Source: Sedimentisphaerales bacterium
GTDB taxonomy: Bacteria > Planctomycetota > Phycisphaerae > Sedimentisphaerales > SM23-30
Length of the DNA stretch: 64,000 bases
Assembly: GCA_963663805.2 (NCBI GenBank)
Contig: CAXXMR010000013.1
Span: forward strand, 64,001 to 128,000
Direction of reading: 5' to 3'
In this document: piece by piece, positions 31,263 through 44,402 of the stretch
Numbering within the stretch: the stretch's first letter is position 1
Layout: every line of letters begins with the position of its first letter
The notes under the pieces: generated by a model
Told to the model about the DNA's origin: nothing
Seen by the model: the letters and a program-made list of their open reading frames with translations, nothing else
Databases searched by the model: none
Position numbers and translations under genes: made by a program

Positions 31263-31661
31263 ATGAGTGATGAAGCCAAAACCTATTCAGATGACATCAA
31301 GGCCCTGGGCGACAAGATTGTGGCATTGACGCTGTTGCAGGCGAAAGAACTGGCAGATTATCTGAAAGATGAATACGGCATTGAGCCGGCCGCTGGTGCA
31401 GTAGCCATTGCAGCCGCTCCGTCCGGTGGTGAAGCCGCCGCGGAAGAGAAGACCTCTTTCGATGTGATTCTGAAGGCCGCCGGTGACCAGAAGATCAAGG
31501 TTATCAAGGAAGTTCGCGGCGCGACTGGTCTGGGTCTGAAAGAAGCCAAAGATCTGGTAGACAATGCTCCGAAGCCGATCAAGGAAGGTTTGAGCAAGGA
31601 TGATGCCGATGCCCTTCGCAAGATTCTGGAAGAAGTAGGCGCGACCGTCGAGATCGCCTAA
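31263..31661 (+). CDS. rplL: ribosomal protein bL12
   Basis: [27 protein letters not shown]. Confidence 0.97.
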   Translation: MSDEAKTYSDDIKALGDKIVALTLLQAKELADYLKDEYGIEPAAGAVAIAAAPSGGEAAAEEKTSFDVILKAAGDQKIKVIKEVRGATGLGLKEAKDLVDNAPKPIKEGLSKDDADALRKILEEVGATVEIA

Positions 31662-31831
31662 GCCAATCCGCAGCACAAGGGATTGTGAAACAGGAAAACA
31701 GTTCGCGGCGTCGGCTTTTAGAAGAGCCGGCGCCAGGACTTTGCCCTGAAGTGTTTAGCTTAAAAGTGAATATAGTTGTTAAGCACTTGTGTTTGAGAAA
31801 TTTTGTAAGAGGCTCTTAGCGAGGACTGACA

Positions 31832-34800
31832 ATGTCTATTAGAGAACCGCGCAGATTTGGCCGGGCCAAAGAAGAAGCTGAAGTACCCGATTTGAGTATC
31901 GTTCAGACTGAAAGCTATGCCCGTTTTCTGCAACTGAACACTCCTGCAGAGCAGCGTATAGAGGCAGGTATCGAAGGCCTGCTCAAGGAAGTATTTCCTG
32001 TCGTCAGCTATGACGAGAGCATACGTCTGGAGTATGTAGATTACGAGCTGGGTAAGCCTCGTTACACTCCGGATGAGTGTCGTTATTTGCGTCTGACCTA
32101 CGGCCGTCCCTTCCGGGTGCGTTGTCGTCTGGTGCGCAAAGAAAAAGAAGACATCATGGAAGACAGCATCTACCTGGGTGAGATGCCTATCATGATTGGG
32201 GGCGGTGAGTTTATTATCAATGGTGCTGAGCGTGTTATCGTTAGTCAGCTCCATCGCAGTCCGGGTGTTGACTTTGTGGTCGAGACTCAGGAAGGTGACC
32301 GTCCTCTGCACGCCTGCCGGATAATTCCGGAGCGGGGCAGCTGGATAGAAGTAAACGTAACAAAAAAAGAAGTAATGGTGGTTCGGATTGACCAGTCGTC
32401 GAAGATTTCGGTAACGACATTTTTGCGGGCGATGGACGAACGTTTTAGCACAAGCGAAGCGATTATCCGGGAATTTTATCCGACCAAGATGGTGAATGTG
32501 GACAGTCTGAAGCCGACGATGTGGTCGGTTGGTCCGATAGTCGATACGGAAAGCGGCGAAGTGCTGGTCGAGGCGGGTTGCCAGATTGGTGAACATTTGC
32601 CGCGTATTCGTCAATCGGCTCTGAAGGAAATCGAAGTTATCTCGAAGGTAACTGATTCGATCATTCTGAATTCTCTGGCTGAGGATCCCGCCAAGAGCTA
32701 CGAAGAAGCGATATTGCGTATTTACGCCCGTCTTCGTCCGGGCAATCCGGGTCAGCTGGAGAAGGCCAAGACTCTGTTCCACGAGAAATTTTATGACTGC
32801 AACCGTTATCGTCTGGGTCGGGTTGGCCGTTTCCGTTTGAATCGGAAATTCAAGCAGGACATCAGCGAAGACGAGATGACTTTGCGGCCGGAAGATTTTC
32901 TGGGTTCGCTGAAGTATCTGGTGGCGCTGCGTAACGGCGAAGGATACATTGACGATATTGACCATTTGGGTAATCGTCGTCTGCGTACGATTGATGAGTT
33001 GGCGACCGATGAACTGCGTAAGGGTTTCCTGAAGCTGCGTCGGGCGGTACAAGAGCGGATGAGTGTTAAGGATATGGACGCTCTGACGCGTATCGCCGAG
33101 CTGGTCAACAGCAAGAGCATTGCCAGCAGCATCGACTTTTTCTTTGGTCGGGGCGAGTTGTCGCAGGTGGTTGACCAGACGAACCCGCTGAGTCAGTTGA
33201 CGCATGAGCGTCGTCTGTCAGCTTTGGGGCCGGGCGGTCTGAACCGTAAGCGGGCGGGCTTTGAGGTTCGTGACGTGCATATCAGTCACTATGGCCGAAT
33301 CTGTCCGATTGAAACGCCTGAAGGTACGAACATAGGTCTGATTTCGTCGCTGAGTATTTATTCGGCGGTGGATGAGTACGGTTTTCTGGTAACACCCTAC
33401 CGCAAAGTTAAAGGCGGCAAGCTGGTGGGTGTCCAATATTTGCGTGCGGATGAGGAAATTGAAGCGATTCTTTCGCCGACTGACGTACTGAAGCCGGGTT
33501 CGGATGAACTGGTGGAAGGTATGGTGCTGGCGCGGGTAGGGGGTGATCTGGCTCAGGTTGACGCGACGGAAATTCAATTTGTAGATATTGCTTCGAAGCA
33601 GACGGTTGGTATTTCGGCGGCGTTGATTCCGTTCTTGGAGCATGACGATGCTAACCGGGCTTTGATGGGTTCCAACATGCAGCGTCAGGCGGTGCCTTTG
33701 CTTTGTGCGGACCCGCCGATGATTGCCACGGGTATGGAACATCCGGTAGCGCGTCACAGCAGTATGTTGGTGCGGGCTCGTAAGGGCGGCAAGGTTACCT
33801 ATGTTGACGCCAGGCTTATTGTAATTGACAACGCGGATGAATACGAACTGCGTAAATATGTTGGTCTTAACGAGCGTACGTGTCTGAATCAGCGGGCGAT
33901 TGTGAAGGTCGGTCAGGTGGTTCAGAAGGGCGATGTTATCGCCGACGGTGCCGCGACGAGCAACGGTGAATTGGCACTGGGACGTAATGTTCTGGTCGCT
34001 TTTATGATGTTTGATGGTTACAACTTTGAGGACGCGATTTTGATTAGCGAGAAGCTGGTCAAGGAAGACGCGTTCACAAGTATTCATATTGAAGAATACG
34101 ATGTTGAGATTCGTGAGACCAAGCTGGGTCGTGAGGAGTTCACGCGTGATATTCCGAATGTATCGGAAAAGGCGTTGGCGAACCTGAACGAAGACGGCGT
34201 GGTGCGGATTGGCACTCCGGTTCAGCCGGGTGATATTCTGGTTGGCAAGGTTTCGCCCAAGAGCAAGAGCGAACTTTCTCCGGAAGAAAAACTTCTTTAC
34301 GCGATTTTCGGTCGGGCCGGCGAAGATGTCAAAAACGACTCGCTGGAACTGCCGGCAGGTGAAGAAGGTATCGTAATTGACACAAAACGTTTCTCGCGTC
34401 GGATGTATATGTCTGATGAGCAGCGCGAGGCGCAGAAGGAAGCTCTGGAGCGTTTCAAAGCTGAGATGCAGGTCAAGATCGCGAATATCTTCCGTAAGAT
34501 GTCGGATAGTCTGCATGAGAAGCTCGACTTGACGGTGGTTGACCCGATGACTCGCCAGAAGCTGGGTGTCAGCGACATCGACGAGATTATTCTGGAACAG
34601 GTTGAGACTTTTAATATCAACTGGGTCAAGCAGGAAGACAAGCGTGCAGAAGCGGAAGATATTATTCAACCGTTTTTGAATCGTATAACCGATATTAACG
34701 ATGAAATTCAGCGTCGGGTTCAGCACTCGCGTCGGGGTGATGAGCTTCCTTCGGGCGTTTTGGAGATGGTGAAGGTTTATGTCGCGACGAAGCGGCCTTT

Positions 34801-35572
34801 GAGCGTTGGTGACAAGATGGCAGGTCGTCATGGTAACAAGGGTGTTATCGCCCGTATCATGCCGGAAGAAGATATGCCGTTCCTGGAAGATGGGACGACG
34901 GTCGAGATTCTGCTGAATCCTCTGGGCGTGCCTTCCCGTATGAACGTGGGGCAGATTCTGGAGACTCACCTGGGCTGGGCGGCGAAGGTTCTGGGTTTCC
35001 AGGCGATTACGCCGGTGTTCGACGGGGCGATTGAAGATGACGTACATGCGGCGGTAGAAGAAGCCAATCAGTATGTTCGTGACACCATCAAGCGTCTGGA
35101 TGAACAGCACAAAGAGCCCGACAAGGACATGAAACTTGTGGAGATGCCTTACGGCGGGAAGATTCGGCTTTATGATGGTCGGACGGGTGAGGCGTTTGAG
35201 CAGATGATAACCATTGGTTACATGTATATTCTAAAGCTGCATCATCTGGTTGATGAGAAGATTCACGCTCGGGCGACCGGTCCTTATAGTTTGATTACTC
35301 AGCAGCCGCTGGGTGGTAAGGCCCGGACGGGCGGTCAGCGTTTCGGTGAAATGGAAGTCTGGGGCCTGGAAGCATACGGCACGGCTTACATTTTGCAGGA
35401 ACTCCTCACTGTCAAGAGTGATGATGTTGAAGGACGTACCAAGATTTACGAGTCAATGGTCAAGGGCACGAATCTTCTGGAGGCAGGTACTCCGGTTTCG
35501 TTTGATGTTCTTTGCAATGAGATACGTGGTCTTGGTCTTAATATCCAACTGGAGAAAAAGCGTATAATCTGA
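31832..35572 (+). CDS. rpoB: RNA polymerase beta subunit
   Basis: [21 protein letters not shown]. Confidence 0.98.
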   Translation: MSIREPRRFGRAKEEAEVPDLSIVQTESYARFLQLNTPAEQRIEAGIEGLLKEVFPVVSYDESIRLEYVDYELGKPRYTPDECRYLRLTYGRPFRVRCRLVRKEKEDIMEDSIYLGEMPIMIGGGEFIINGAERVIVSQLHRSPGVDFVVETQEGDRPLHACRIIPERGSWIEVNVTKKEVMVVRIDQSSKISVTTFLRAMDERFSTSEAIIREFYPTKMVNVDSLKPTMWSVGPIVDTESGEVLVEAGCQIGEHLPRIRQSALKEIEVISKVTDSIILNSLAEDPAKSYEEAILRIYARLRPGNPGQLEKAKTLFHEKFYDCNRYRLGRVGRFRLNRKFKQDISEDEMTLRPEDFLGSLKYLVALRNGEGYIDDIDHLGNRRLRTIDELATDELRKGFLKLRRAVQERMSVKDMDALTRIAELVNSKSIASSIDFFFGRGELSQVVDQTNPLSQLTHERRLSALGPGGLNRKRAGFEVRDVHISHYGRICPIETPEGTNIGLISSLSIYSAVDEYGFLVTPYRKVKGGKLVGVQYLRADEEIEAILSPTDVLKPGSDELVEGMVLARVGGDLAQVDATEIQFVDIASKQTVGISAALIPFLEHDDANRALMGSNMQRQAVPLLCADPPMIATGMEHPVARHSSMLVRARKGGKVTYVDARLIVIDNADEYELRKYVGLNERTCLNQRAIVKVGQVVQKGDVIADGAATSNGELALGRNVLVAFMMFDGYNFEDAILISEKLVKEDAFTSIHIEEYDVEIRETKLGREEFTRDIPNVSEKALANLNEDGVVRIGTPVQPGDILVGKVSPKSKSELSPEEKLLYAIFGRAGEDVKNDSLELPAGEEGIVIDTKRFSRRMYMSDEQREAQKEALERFKAEMQVKIANIFRKMSDSLHEKLDLTVVDPMTRQKLGVSDIDEIILEQVETFNINWVKQEDKRAEAEDIIQPFLNRITDINDEIQRRVQHSRRGDELPSGVLEMVKVYVATKRPLSVGDKMAGRHGNKGVIARIMPEEDMPFLEDGTTVEILLNPLGVPSRMNVGQILETHLGWAAKVLGFQAITPVFDGAIEDDVHAAVEEANQYVRDTIKRLDEQHKEPDKDMKLVEMPYGGKIRLYDGRTGEAFEQMITIGYMYILKLHHLVDEKIHARATGPYSLITQQPLGGKARTGGQRFGEMEVWGLEAYGTAYILQELLTVKSDDVEGRTKIYESMVKGTNLLEAGTPVSFDVLCNEIRGLGLNIQLEKKRII

Positions 35573-35629
35573 CCGACCACGGTTGATGTTCGGTAGTATT
35601 AACGCATTATTTCAAGGAGCGAACCAGAT

Positions 35630-38600
35630 ATGGTGGAGTCGATTTACGACCGAATCAACGATTATGGTTCTGTAAAAATCACTTTGGCGAGCCCGAATGA
35701 TATTCGGAGCTGGTCATTTGGTGAAGTCCGGAAACCGGAAACCATCAATTATCGTACCTATCGTCCCGAAAAGGACGGCTTGTTTTGCGAGCGTATTTTT
35801 GGCCCGGAACGGGACTGGGAATGCGCGTGCGGCAAGTACAAAGGTACGAAGTTCAAAGGCATTATTTGCGACCGCTGTGGTGTCAAAGTAACCCACAGCC
35901 GGGTGCGTCGTAAGCGTATGGGTCACATAACGCTGGCGGCACCGGTGGTGCATATCTGGTTTTTCAAGGCGATGCCTTCTCGTCTGGCGAATCTGCTGGC
36001 GATGAAGACTATTGACCTGGAAAAGGTTGTCTATTACCAGGATTACGTGGTAACCGATACCGGCGGCACACCTCTGGCAGAGAAACAGCTTCTGACTGAG
36101 GAAGAGTATCAGCGGGCATTGGAAAAATACGGCGACACGTTCAAGGCTGAGATGGGTGCCGAGGCGGTAGGCTCTCTGCTGCGGAATATGGATTTGTACA
36201 AGACCATGCTCCAGTTGCGTGAAGACCTGGCCAAGACGAACAGTCAGCAGAAGATCAAGGAAATCAGCAAGCGCCTGCGTATAGTTGAATCTTTGCGTTT
36301 GAGCGAAAATGATTCTTCGTGGATGGTTATCGATGTTATTCCGGTGATTCCGCCGGATTTACGTCCGCTGGTGCTGCTGGAAAGTGGTAATTTCGCGACG
36401 AGTGATTTGAACGATTTGTATCGTCGTATTATTAACCGTAACAATCGTCTGAAAAAGCTGGTGGACCTGAACGCTCCGGAAGTCATTATTCGTAATGAAA
36501 AGCGTATGCTGCAGCAGGCGGTTGACGCTTTGTTTGATAACGGCAGATGTCGTCGGCCGGTGCTGGGTTCGAGTAATCGTCCCCTGAAATCGCTGACCGA
36601 TATGATCAAGGGCAAGCAGGGTCGTTTCCGTGAGAATCTGCTGGGTAAACGTGTTGATTATTCGGCTCGTTCGGTAATCGTCATCGGTCCGAATCTGAAG
36701 CTGTATCAGTGTGGTTTGCCCAAACGGATTGCGCTGGAACTTTATCAGCCGTTTGTAATTCGTTTGCTGAAGGACCGCGGTCTGGCCGATACGATCAAGA
36801 GCGCCAAGAAGATGCTGGAACGTCGCGAGGAAATCGTCTGGGACGTTCTGGAAGAAGTAATTCATGAGCATCCGGTAATGCTTAACCGTGCTCCTACGCT
36901 GCACCGTATGGGTATTCATGCGTTTGAGCCGGTTCTGATAGAAGGTAATGCTATCAAGATTCATCCGCTGGTATGTCGCGGATTTAACGCTGACTTCGAC
37001 GGTGACCAGATGGCGGTGCATTTGCCGCTTTCTCTGGAAGCCCAGGTCGAGGCTCATATTTTGATGATGGCGACGAATAATATTTTCTCGCCGGCCAACG
37101 GTTCTCCGATTATGTCACCTTCTCAGGATATCGTGTTGGGTAATTTCTATATTACCCTGATGCGCGACGGCGAGAAGGGCGAGGGGATGGCTTTTTCGAA
37201 TCTGTTCGAGGCTTTGACGGCTTATCATCAAAAGTTCATCACGATGCACAGCAAGGTCAAGGTTCGGTTGCCCAAACACAAGCAGGCTCGTGATGTAAAG
37301 GGCAATTTGAGTGAGCCGGGCGCGACGGTCGAGACTACTGTCGGTCGCTGCATATTCAACGAGATTCTGCATAAGGACATGCATTTTTATAACATGGAGC
37401 TGGGCGCCAAGGGGCTGTCGCGGGTAATTAGCGATTGTTTCGAGGTGGCTGGTCGTAAAGCCACGATCGAGCTTCTGGATAATGTCAAGGATTTGGGTTT
37501 CCGTTATGCGACTTTGGCAGGCCTGTCGATTTCGGTTACGGACCTGAAGATTCCGAGCAAGAAGCAGGAGATTATCGACGAGACTCAGTCCCGTGTGGAT
37601 AAGGTTTTTGAGAATTACCATGCCGGTGCTCTGACCGCTGGTGAGCGTTATAATCAGATTATCGACGCCTGGACCCATGCCCGTGTACAGGTCACCAACG
37701 AGATGATGCTGGAGCTGAAAAACGATACGCGTAACGGCAAGCCGTACCTGAACCCGATTTTCATTATGACGCAGTCAAAGGCTCGTGGTAGTGTTGACCA
37801 GATTCAGCAGCTTTGCGGTATGCGTGCTTTGATGGCTAAGCCTTCGGGTGAAATTATCGAAACGCCGATTAAGGCGAATTTCCGCGAAGGTCTGAGCGTA
37901 CTGGAATACTTCAGTTCGACGCATGGTGCCCGTAAAGGTTTGGCTGATACCGCGTTGAAGACGGCGGACAGCGGATACCTGACGCGCAAACTGGCAGATG
38001 TCAGTCAGAACGTAATTGTTACAGAATATGACTGCGGTACGCTGCACGGCGTTAATAAACGGGCGATTTATGAAGGGGAGCAGATTTCGGTTCCGTTGAG
38101 CGAACTGATTATTGGCCGAATCGCGCGTGATACGATTCGCAATCCGATTACCGATGAAATTATCGTTTCGGAAAATGATATTATTACACCTGAGGTCGCT
38201 CGCAAGGTCGAGGATCTGGGTATCGATACGATTAGGGTACGGAGCCCGATGACCTGCGAAAGTCCGCTGGGCATTTGTGTTCAGTGCTACGGTGTTGATA
38301 TGAGCAACGGTCGTCGGGTTGAGCCCGGTCTGGCTGTTGGCATTATCGCGGCCCAGTCGATTGGCGAGCCTGGTACTCAGCTTACGATGCGTACGTTCCA
38401 TACCGGTGGTATCGCAGAACGTGCGGTGGTTGAGAACAAGACGGTTTCGGCTGTCGATGGTTTCGTGAAATACTCTGACCTGAACGCGGTAGAAGTTATC
38501 ATGCCGGATAAGACCACGACTCGTCTGGCCCTTAAACGTAATGGTGAGGTATTGGTTGTCGATGCCAAGGGTCGGGAGCTGGAACGCTATCGTTCTCCTT

Positions 38601-39916
38601 ACGGTGCCCAGTTGCTGATTGAAGAAGGCGGCGAAGTCAAGGCCGGCCAGATAATGTTCACCTGGGATCCGCACAGTATTCCGATTCTATCGGAAGTTAA
38701 AGGTATCGTGCGTTTCCAGGATATTGAAGAAGGCGAGACGATTCGCACCGAACTGGACCAGAGTGGTAAACAGATGCGTCCGGTAGTTATCGAACACAAG
38801 GGTGAAAAACATCCGCGTGTAGTTATCGAAGATTTGGAAGGTCGTATTCTGGACTTCCATTATCTGCCTGCCAAGGCCCGTATTCAGGTTGAAGAAGGCC
38901 AGGAAATTCAGGCAGGTACGATGTTGGCTCAGCAGCCTCGCGCTATTACCGGAACTCAGGATATTACCGGTGGTCTGCCTCGTGTTACCGAAGTATTTGA
39001 GGCTCGTAAGCCCAAGGAACCGGCGGCGATGGCGGAGATTTCCGGTCGAGTGGAGCTTCGCAGCGATAAGCGTCGCGGTAAGATGACCATTACGATTCGT
39101 TCGGAATCCGGTCTGGAGGTTGACCACCACGTACCGCATGACAAACATTTGAATGTACACTCCGGCGACTTTGTGGACGCGGGCGAACCGCTGACCGATG
39201 GTCCGTTGGTGCCGCATGACATTCTGCGAATTCGCGGTGAAGAAGCGTTGCAGGAATACCTGCTGCATGAGATTCAGAGTGTATATCGTGCTCAGGGTCA
39301 GGATATTAATGACAAGCACGTCGAAGTGGTTATTTCTCAGATGCTGCGTAAGGTTAAGGTTGATAATCCGGGTGATTCGGAACTTCTGCCGGGTGATATT
39401 GTTGACAAGTTCACCTTCCGGGGTGCCAATGAAGATTTGGCCGGCAGTATCAAGGTTGCCGACAAGGGTGACAGCGATATGGAAGCCGGCACTGTGGTTA
39501 CTCGCGATGAACTGGAAAAGGTCAACGAGCCGATCGAAGCTATCGGCGGCGACCCGGCGGTAGGCGAACGCTGCCGTCCGGCGACCGGCACCACTTTGCT
39601 GCTGGGTATTACCAAGGCGGCATTGCAGGCGGAAAGTTTTGTTTCCGCGGCGAGCTTCCAGGAAACCACGCGGGTGCTTACCGAAGCGAGTATTTCGGGC
39701 AAAACCGACCAGCTGCTGGGCCTGAAGGAAAACGTGATTCTGGGCCATTTGATTCCGGCGGGCACCGGGTTCAAGCATTATCTGGATATTCAGGTGAAAC
39801 ATCTGGCTGAGCCTCCGGTTCCGGCGGAATTGGATACGCAGGAGTTGGATGAAGAACGTGCCGAGGAAGCTCGGGCCGAAGCTGCGATAAAAGAAGCTTT
39901 AGGCTTGACAGACTAA
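35630..39916 (+). CDS. rpoC: RNA polymerase beta' subunit
   Basis: NADFDGD, Zn finger, QLTMRTFH. Confidence 0.98.
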   Translation: MVESIYDRINDYGSVKITLASPNDIRSWSFGEVRKPETINYRTYRPEKDGLFCERIFGPERDWECACGKYKGTKFKGIICDRCGVKVTHSRVRRKRMGHITLAAPVVHIWFFKAMPSRLANLLAMKTIDLEKVVYYQDYVVTDTGGTPLAEKQLLTEEEYQRALEKYGDTFKAEMGAEAVGSLLRNMDLYKTMLQLREDLAKTNSQQKIKEISKRLRIVESLRLSENDSSWMVIDVIPVIPPDLRPLVLLESGNFATSDLNDLYRRIINRNNRLKKLVDLNAPEVIIRNEKRMLQQAVDALFDNGRCRRPVLGSSNRPLKSLTDMIKGKQGRFRENLLGKRVDYSARSVIVIGPNLKLYQCGLPKRIALELYQPFVIRLLKDRGLADTIKSAKKMLERREEIVWDVLEEVIHEHPVMLNRAPTLHRMGIHAFEPVLIEGNAIKIHPLVCRGFNADFDGDQMAVHLPLSLEAQVEAHILMMATNNIFSPANGSPIMSPSQDIVLGNFYITLMRDGEKGEGMAFSNLFEALTAYHQKFITMHSKVKVRLPKHKQARDVKGNLSEPGATVETTVGRCIFNEILHKDMHFYNMELGAKGLSRVISDCFEVAGRKATIELLDNVKDLGFRYATLAGLSISVTDLKIPSKKQEIIDETQSRVDKVFENYHAGALTAGERYNQIIDAWTHARVQVTNEMMLELKNDTRNGKPYLNPIFIMTQSKARGSVDQIQQLCGMRALMAKPSGEIIETPIKANFREGLSVLEYFSSTHGARKGLADTALKTADSGYLTRKLADVSQNVIVTEYDCGTLHGVNKRAIYEGEQISVPLSELIIGRIARDTIRNPITDEIIVSENDIITPEVARKVEDLGIDTIRVRSPMTCESPLGICVQCYGVDMSNGRRVEPGLAVGIIAAQSIGEPGTQLTMRTFHTGGIAERAVVENKTVSAVDGFVKYSDLNAVEVIMPDKTTTRLALKRNGEVLVVDAKGRELERYRSPYGAQLLIEEGGEVKAGQIMFTWDPHSIPILSEVKGIVRFQDIEEGETIRTELDQSGKQMRPVVIEHKGEKHPRVVIEDLEGRILDFHYLPAKARIQVEEGQEIQAGTMLAQQPRAITGTQDITGGLPRVTEVFEARKPKEPAAMAEISGRVELRSDKRRGKMTITIRSESGLEVDHHVPHDKHLNVHSGDFVDAGEPLTDGPLVPHDILRIRGEEALQEYLLHEIQSVYRAQGQDINDKHVEVVISQMLRKVKVDNPGDSELLPGDIVDKFTFRGANEDLAGSIKVADKGDSDMEAGTVVTRDELEKVNEPIEAIGGDPAVGERCRPATGTTLLLGITKAALQAESFVSAASFQETTRVLTEASISGKTDQLLGLKENVILGHLIPAGTGFKHYLDIQVKHLAEPPVPAELDTQELDEERAEEARAEAAIKEALGLTD

Positions 39917-39933
39917 TAGAAATAGTGCATAAT
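39905..39933 (+). promoter_or_regulatory. sigma70 promoter of str operon, -35 inside last rpoC codons
   Basis: TTGACA-17-CATAAT. Confidence 0.7.
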
Positions 39934-39986
39934 ACATGGCTTATTAGAATGAAGTGAGTGTAAACACTGTATTGTTGGAGACTTAG

Positions 39987-40358
39987 ATGCCGACTATTAA
40001 TCAGTTGATAAGAAAAGGTCGTAAGCCGGTGCGGAAGAAAAATCGCGTGCCGGACCTTAACAGCTGCCCGCAGCGTCGCGGCGTATGCTTACAGGTTAAG
40101 ACCCAGACCCCGAAGAAACCGAACTCGGCTTTGCGTAAAGTCGCTCGGGTTCGTTTGACCAACGGTAAGGAAGTTACCGCATATATACCGGGTATTGACC
40201 ACAACCTCCAGGAGCATAGTATTGTGCTGGTTCGTGGTGGTCGTGTTCGCGACTTGCCGGGTGTTCGCTATCATATCGTTCGCGGTGTGCTGGATACCCT
40301 GGGCGTAAATGCCCGTAAGCAGGGTCGCAGTAAATACGGTGCCAAACGCGGCAAGTAA
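39987..40358 (+). CDS. rpsL: ribosomal protein uS12
   Basis: [20 protein letters not shown]. Confidence 0.98.
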   Translation: MPTINQLIRKGRKPVRKKNRVPDLNSCPQRRGVCLQVKTQTPKKPNSALRKVARVRLTNGKEVTAYIPGIDHNLQEHSIVLVRGGRVRDLPGVRYHIVRGVLDTLGVNARKQGRSKYGAKRGK

Positions 40359-40456
40359 ATTAAGAGTTTCTGGGGCGGCCGGGCGACATTCCGGCCTCTG
40401 ACAGATTAAGGAATAATAATAACTGACCTGTAAGCACAGGATCGGAGTACGCAAAA

Positions 40457-40933
40457 GTGTCGAAAAACAAATTTACAGCCTCTGCCAAGCAGTTGGTACC
40501 GGACTCCAAGTACGGCAGCAAACTGATGTCCAAGTTTGTGAACTGTCTGATGTGGGATGGTAAGAAGTCGGTTGCCCAGCGTGTGGTTTATGATGCCATG
40601 GACATTATGGCTGAGCGTATCAAAGACGTTCCGCCGCAGGAAGTGTTCGAGACGGCTATTGGTAACCTCAAGCCTCTGATTGAGGTTCGCAGCAAGCGTG
40701 TGGGCGGCAGTACCTATCAGGTTCCGATGCAGGTTCGTCCTTCGCGTCAGCAGGCTTTGGCTTTTCGCTGGCTGCTGGCTGCCTCACGCGGCAAAAAGGG
40801 CAAGCCGATGTGCAGACGTCTGGCCGATGAGCTGATGGCTGCCTATCGCGGCGAAGGCACCGCTATGACGACACGTGAAAACGTACACCGCATGGCTGAA
40901 GCAAACAAGGCGTTCGCTCACTTCGCCTGGTAA
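40457..40933 (+). CDS. rpsG: ribosomal protein uS7
   Basis: [22 protein letters not shown]. Confidence 0.97.
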   Translation: MSKNKFTASAKQLVPDSKYGSKLMSKFVNCLMWDGKKSVAQRVVYDAMDIMAERIKDVPPQEVFETAIGNLKPLIEVRSKRVGGSTYQVPMQVRPSRQQALAFRWLLAASRGKKGKPMCRRLADELMAAYRGEGTAMTTRENVHRMAEANKAFAHFAW

Positions 40934-40952
40934 GTTACATATTAGAGTTAAT

Positions 40953-40995
40953 CTGCCACAATCCGGACTGCGCTCCAGGTTGTGGCAGTTTTTTT
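40953..40995 (+). terminator. intrinsic terminator between rpsG and fusA
   Basis: ctgccacaa...ttgtggcag followed by T7. Confidence 0.75.
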
Positions 40996-41045
40996 AGCTC
41001 AGTCGGGTTTATGAACCCGGACAAAACATAGTTAGAGACATTCGG

Positions 41046-43126
41046 ATGGGAACTGATTTACACAAGCTTCGCAATATTGGGATAATGGCTCACATCGACG
41101 CTGGTAAAACGACTGTTACCGAGCGGATGCTGTTTTTTACGGGGCGGACATACAAGATAGGTGAGGTCCATGACGGTACCGCAGTGATGGACTATCTGGC
41201 TGAGGAACAGGAGCGGGGCATTACGATTACTTCGGCGGCGACGACGTGTCCGTGGAAGGGTCATACAATCAATCTTATAGATACGCCCGGCCATGTGGAT
41301 TTTACAGTCGAGGTTGAGCGTTCGTTGCGGGTGCTGGATGGCGCGGTGGCGGTGTTTGACGCTTCTGAGGGGGTTCAGGCTCAATCTGAGACGGTCTGGC
41401 ATCAGGCCCAAAAATATAATGTGCCGTGTATTTGCTTTATCAATAAAATGGACAAAATCGGGGGCGGATTTCGAGATGGCGGTCAAGGACCTGATAGAGA
41501 GGCTGGGTGCCAATCCGGTACCGGTGCAGTTGCCAATCGGCAATCAGGATGATTTCAAGGGTTTCGTTGACCTGCTGGAAATGAAGGCTTGTTATTTCGA
41601 GGAAGATAAAGTTGCTACGCGGGTGGTCGAAAAAAATATTCCCGATGACCTTCAGGATGCGGCGGAAGAAGCCCGGCATTTTATGTTGGAGCACGCTGCG
41701 GAATATTCGGAATCCCTGATGGAAAAATACATCGAGGATGAGCCGGTAGGCATTGATGAGATTGTCGCGGGTTTGCGGGCGGGTACTTTGAGCGGCGAAC
41801 TGCAACCGGTATTATGTGGTTCGGCATTGCGGAGTATGGGCTCGCGGAAGCTGCTGGACGCAGTTTTGGCATATCTGCCCAGTCCGCTCGACAGGCCTTC
41901 GGTGAAGGGGCATGTCGCGGGCAAAAAAAGAAAAAGAAGTCGAGTTTACCTGTGATCCTGACGGTCCGCTGGTGGCTCTGGCGTTCAAGATAACCTCTGA
42001 TACGCACGGTGATTTAACTTTTGCTCGTATATATTCCGGCACGATTAAAAGCGGCACACGGTTACTGAACAGCACGCGGGACCGCAAGGAAAACGTAAGT
42101 AAAATCTGTCGTATGCACGCGAATGCCCGGACCCAATGCGAGGTTGCCCGCGCCGGCGATATTGTGGCTCTCATCGGTCTGAAAAATACCCTTACCGGTG
42201 ATACTCTTTGTGATGCCAAATCCCCGGTTATGCTGGATACCATAACGTTTCCGGAGCCGGTGATAAGTTTGTCAATTGAGCCGCGTACGATGGCGGATAA
42301 GGCTAAACTGGCTGAAGCTTTGGATGTTTTGCGTCGTGAGGATCCGACGTTTAAGACTCACTATCAGGACGAAACTGGCCAAACGATTATTTCTGGTATG
42401 GGTGAGTTGCATCTGGAAATATTGCAGCATAAACTGACGCGTGACATGAAAGTTGATGTACTCATCGGCAAGCCGCGAGTTGCTTATAAAGAGGCGATAA
42501 CGAAGAAGGCCCGGGGTGAGGGCAAGTTCGTCAAGCAGACCGGCGGTCGTGGTCAGTATGGCCATGCGGTGATTACGGTCGAGCCTCATACGCCCGAAGA
42601 AGGGGAGGCAGTGGTTGTATTTGAAGATAATACTGTCGGCGGTGTAATCCCCAAAGAATATATACCGTCGGTTATCGAAGGCATAAAGGGGGCGGCAGCT
42701 ACGGGAGTGCTGGCGGGCTTCCCGGTTATTGGGCTGAAGATATGTATTATTGATGGCTCATCGCATCCGGTGGATTCTTCTGATTTGGCGTTCCAGCAGG
42801 CGGGTTCGATGGCGTTTAATGATGCTGTTAAACATGCCGGGCCGGCGCTGCTGGAGCCGATAATGAAGCTGCAAGTGGTGGCACCGGACCAGTTTTATGG
42901 GGCGGTCCAGGGTGATTTGTCGCGTAAGCGGGCGACGATTGAAAAAACCGGTACGCGTGGTAACTCCAGAGTGATAGATGCTTTAGTACCTCTGGCAGAG
43001 ATGTTTGGCTATGCTTCGGAGTTGCGTGGTTCGACTCAGGGGCGGGCGTCATACTCGATGGAACCCCATAACTATAGCCTTGTTCCGGACCAGATAGCAC
43101 AGAAACTGCTGGAGATTTTGTACTGA
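41046..43126 (+). CDS. fusA: elongation factor G, two +1 frameshifts (G5 at 41460-41464, A7 at 41923-41929)
   Basis: [40 protein letters not shown]. Confidence 0.93.
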
Positions 43127-43321
43127 TAAATAAGTGAGGGGCGGCGTAAATTTGACTGAAAAGGGTGATTTTTGGCGTTTTTTTTTGATTTTTGGTGGGA
43201 AAAAACTGGTTTTTTGCGATTTTTTCACGTTTTTGGTGAAATTGAACTGTATTATATCACCTTTTTTGGAGATTTTTTTAAAAAAAAGTACCATATAGTA
43301 TAGTTCGAGCAAAAAGGCGGT

Positions 43322-43357
43322 GTGGACATTCTGGACTTAGTGGACGAGATGGACAAA
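43322..43357 (+). repeat. 4 x 9-bp tandem repeat
   Basis: gtggacatt ctggactta gtggacgag atggacaaa. Confidence 0.65.
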
Positions 43358-43578
43358 CGTCGGGAGGGGGTGGTTGGTAGTTGGGTGACGTGGTTCTGAT
43401 ATTCATATAAATCTCCTGCGTGTGGCTGTGAGTTTGGCGTGGCACTTTCTGGGAAATTTGAGAAAACCCGTGTGTCCTATAATACATACTGTGGCATGTC
43501 AATTTTCGGCAAAAAATAGTTTTTTAGGGGGGGATGGGAAATATTGTCGCTCAGGGTTGAGAAAAAGTTAAATAACTG

Positions 43579-43607
43579 TTGACAGTATAGTTGTTAGCCG
43601 TTATATT
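43579..43607 (+). promoter_or_regulatory. sigma70 promoter upstream of candidate ncRNA
   Basis: TTGACA-17-TATATT with A/T-rich upstream region. Confidence 0.7.
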
Positions 43608-43612
43608 TTCCC

Positions 43613-43807
43613 GAATCAACCGAAGCGAGCGGAAGACGGATATTTCGCGAGTTAGTGTAAGTTGATTGCACACCTACACTTACCCAAGGATGGGAGAGGT
43701 TAGCCTTCAGGGCATACCCAGGTTTGAGCAATCAGGCCTGCTCGGTTGAATTTCTGGCTGGACCGGGAAGATTATTTCGCAAAAGATTGCGGAATATTTG
43801 TCGATTC
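43613..43807 (+). ncRNA. candidate structured RNA (~170-195 nt; 6S-like rod or novel)
   Basis: 16-bp stem 43635-50/43787-802, inner stems, GCAA-capped hairpin 43719-40, own promoter, no ORF in track. Confidence 0.55.
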
Positions 43808-43850
43808 AGGCGGAAAAAATAAAAATGTGAGATTTGTGTAAGTTTTTGTA

Positions 43851-43878
43851 TTGACGCGAACGGATAACTCGCTAAATT
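43851..43878 (+). promoter_or_regulatory. putative S10 operon promoter
   Basis: TTGACG-16-TAAATT. Confidence 0.55.
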
Positions 43879-44014
43879 AGCGGTTCTCTATAGTTAGAGG
43901 CCCACAGGCCCTACCGCTATAGATAACTGGATAACCCGGCGGAGTTTGGGAAACGGCCTTTAAGTTGGGTCGGTCGTCAAAGCCGCTAACAGCACTGATG
44001 CAGGAGTTTTAACA

Positions 44015-44323
44015 TTGGAAGCCGAACGGATAAGAATTCGGATGGAAGCCTACGACACCGGCGCTCTTGATGCCTCGGCGAAAGAAATAGTAGAGCAAGC
44101 CCGTCGTACCAATGCCCGTGTAAGCGGTCCTATCCCGCTGCCCACGCGTATTGAGCGTTACACCGTTTTGCGGTCTCCTCATATTGATAAGAAATCCCGC
44201 GAGCAGTTTGAAATGCGTACGCATAAGCGTCTGATTGACATTCACGAAGCTAACCCCCGTACGGTGGAAGCTCTGAATCGTCTGGTCGTGCCGGCGGGCG
44301 TATTTGTAAAAATCCGGGTCTGA
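44015..44323 (+). CDS. rpsJ: ribosomal protein uS10
   Basis: [23 protein letters not shown] start with AGGAG. Confidence 0.97.
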   Translation: MEAERIRIRMEAYDTGALDASAKEIVEQARRTNARVSGPIPLPTRIERYTVLRSPHIDKKSREQFEMRTHKRLIDIHEANPRTVEALNRLVVPAGVFVKIRV

Positions 44324-44402
44324 TGTAAGAAATATAAACGTGTCTTCTGTAGGTTGACGCGTTTTTTTGTGAAAAGAACTAGATTGAAGTGAGCATGAGA
44401 AT

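Noticed and set aside
31760..39802. Long antisense ORFs opposite rpoB/rpoC (and opposite rbr, metG and r-protein genes)
   Set aside because: Shadow frames of conserved genes caused by codon bias; no recognisable motifs.
41923..41930. A AAA AAG slippery site in fusA as a programmed -1 frameshift
   Set aside because: The downstream ORF is in the +1 frame, so a -1 shift would not restore EF-G; a homopolymer error is simpler.
43440..43510. sigma54 promoters at tggcac/tggcat in the fusA-rpsJ gap
   Set aside because: No TTGC at the required spacing.
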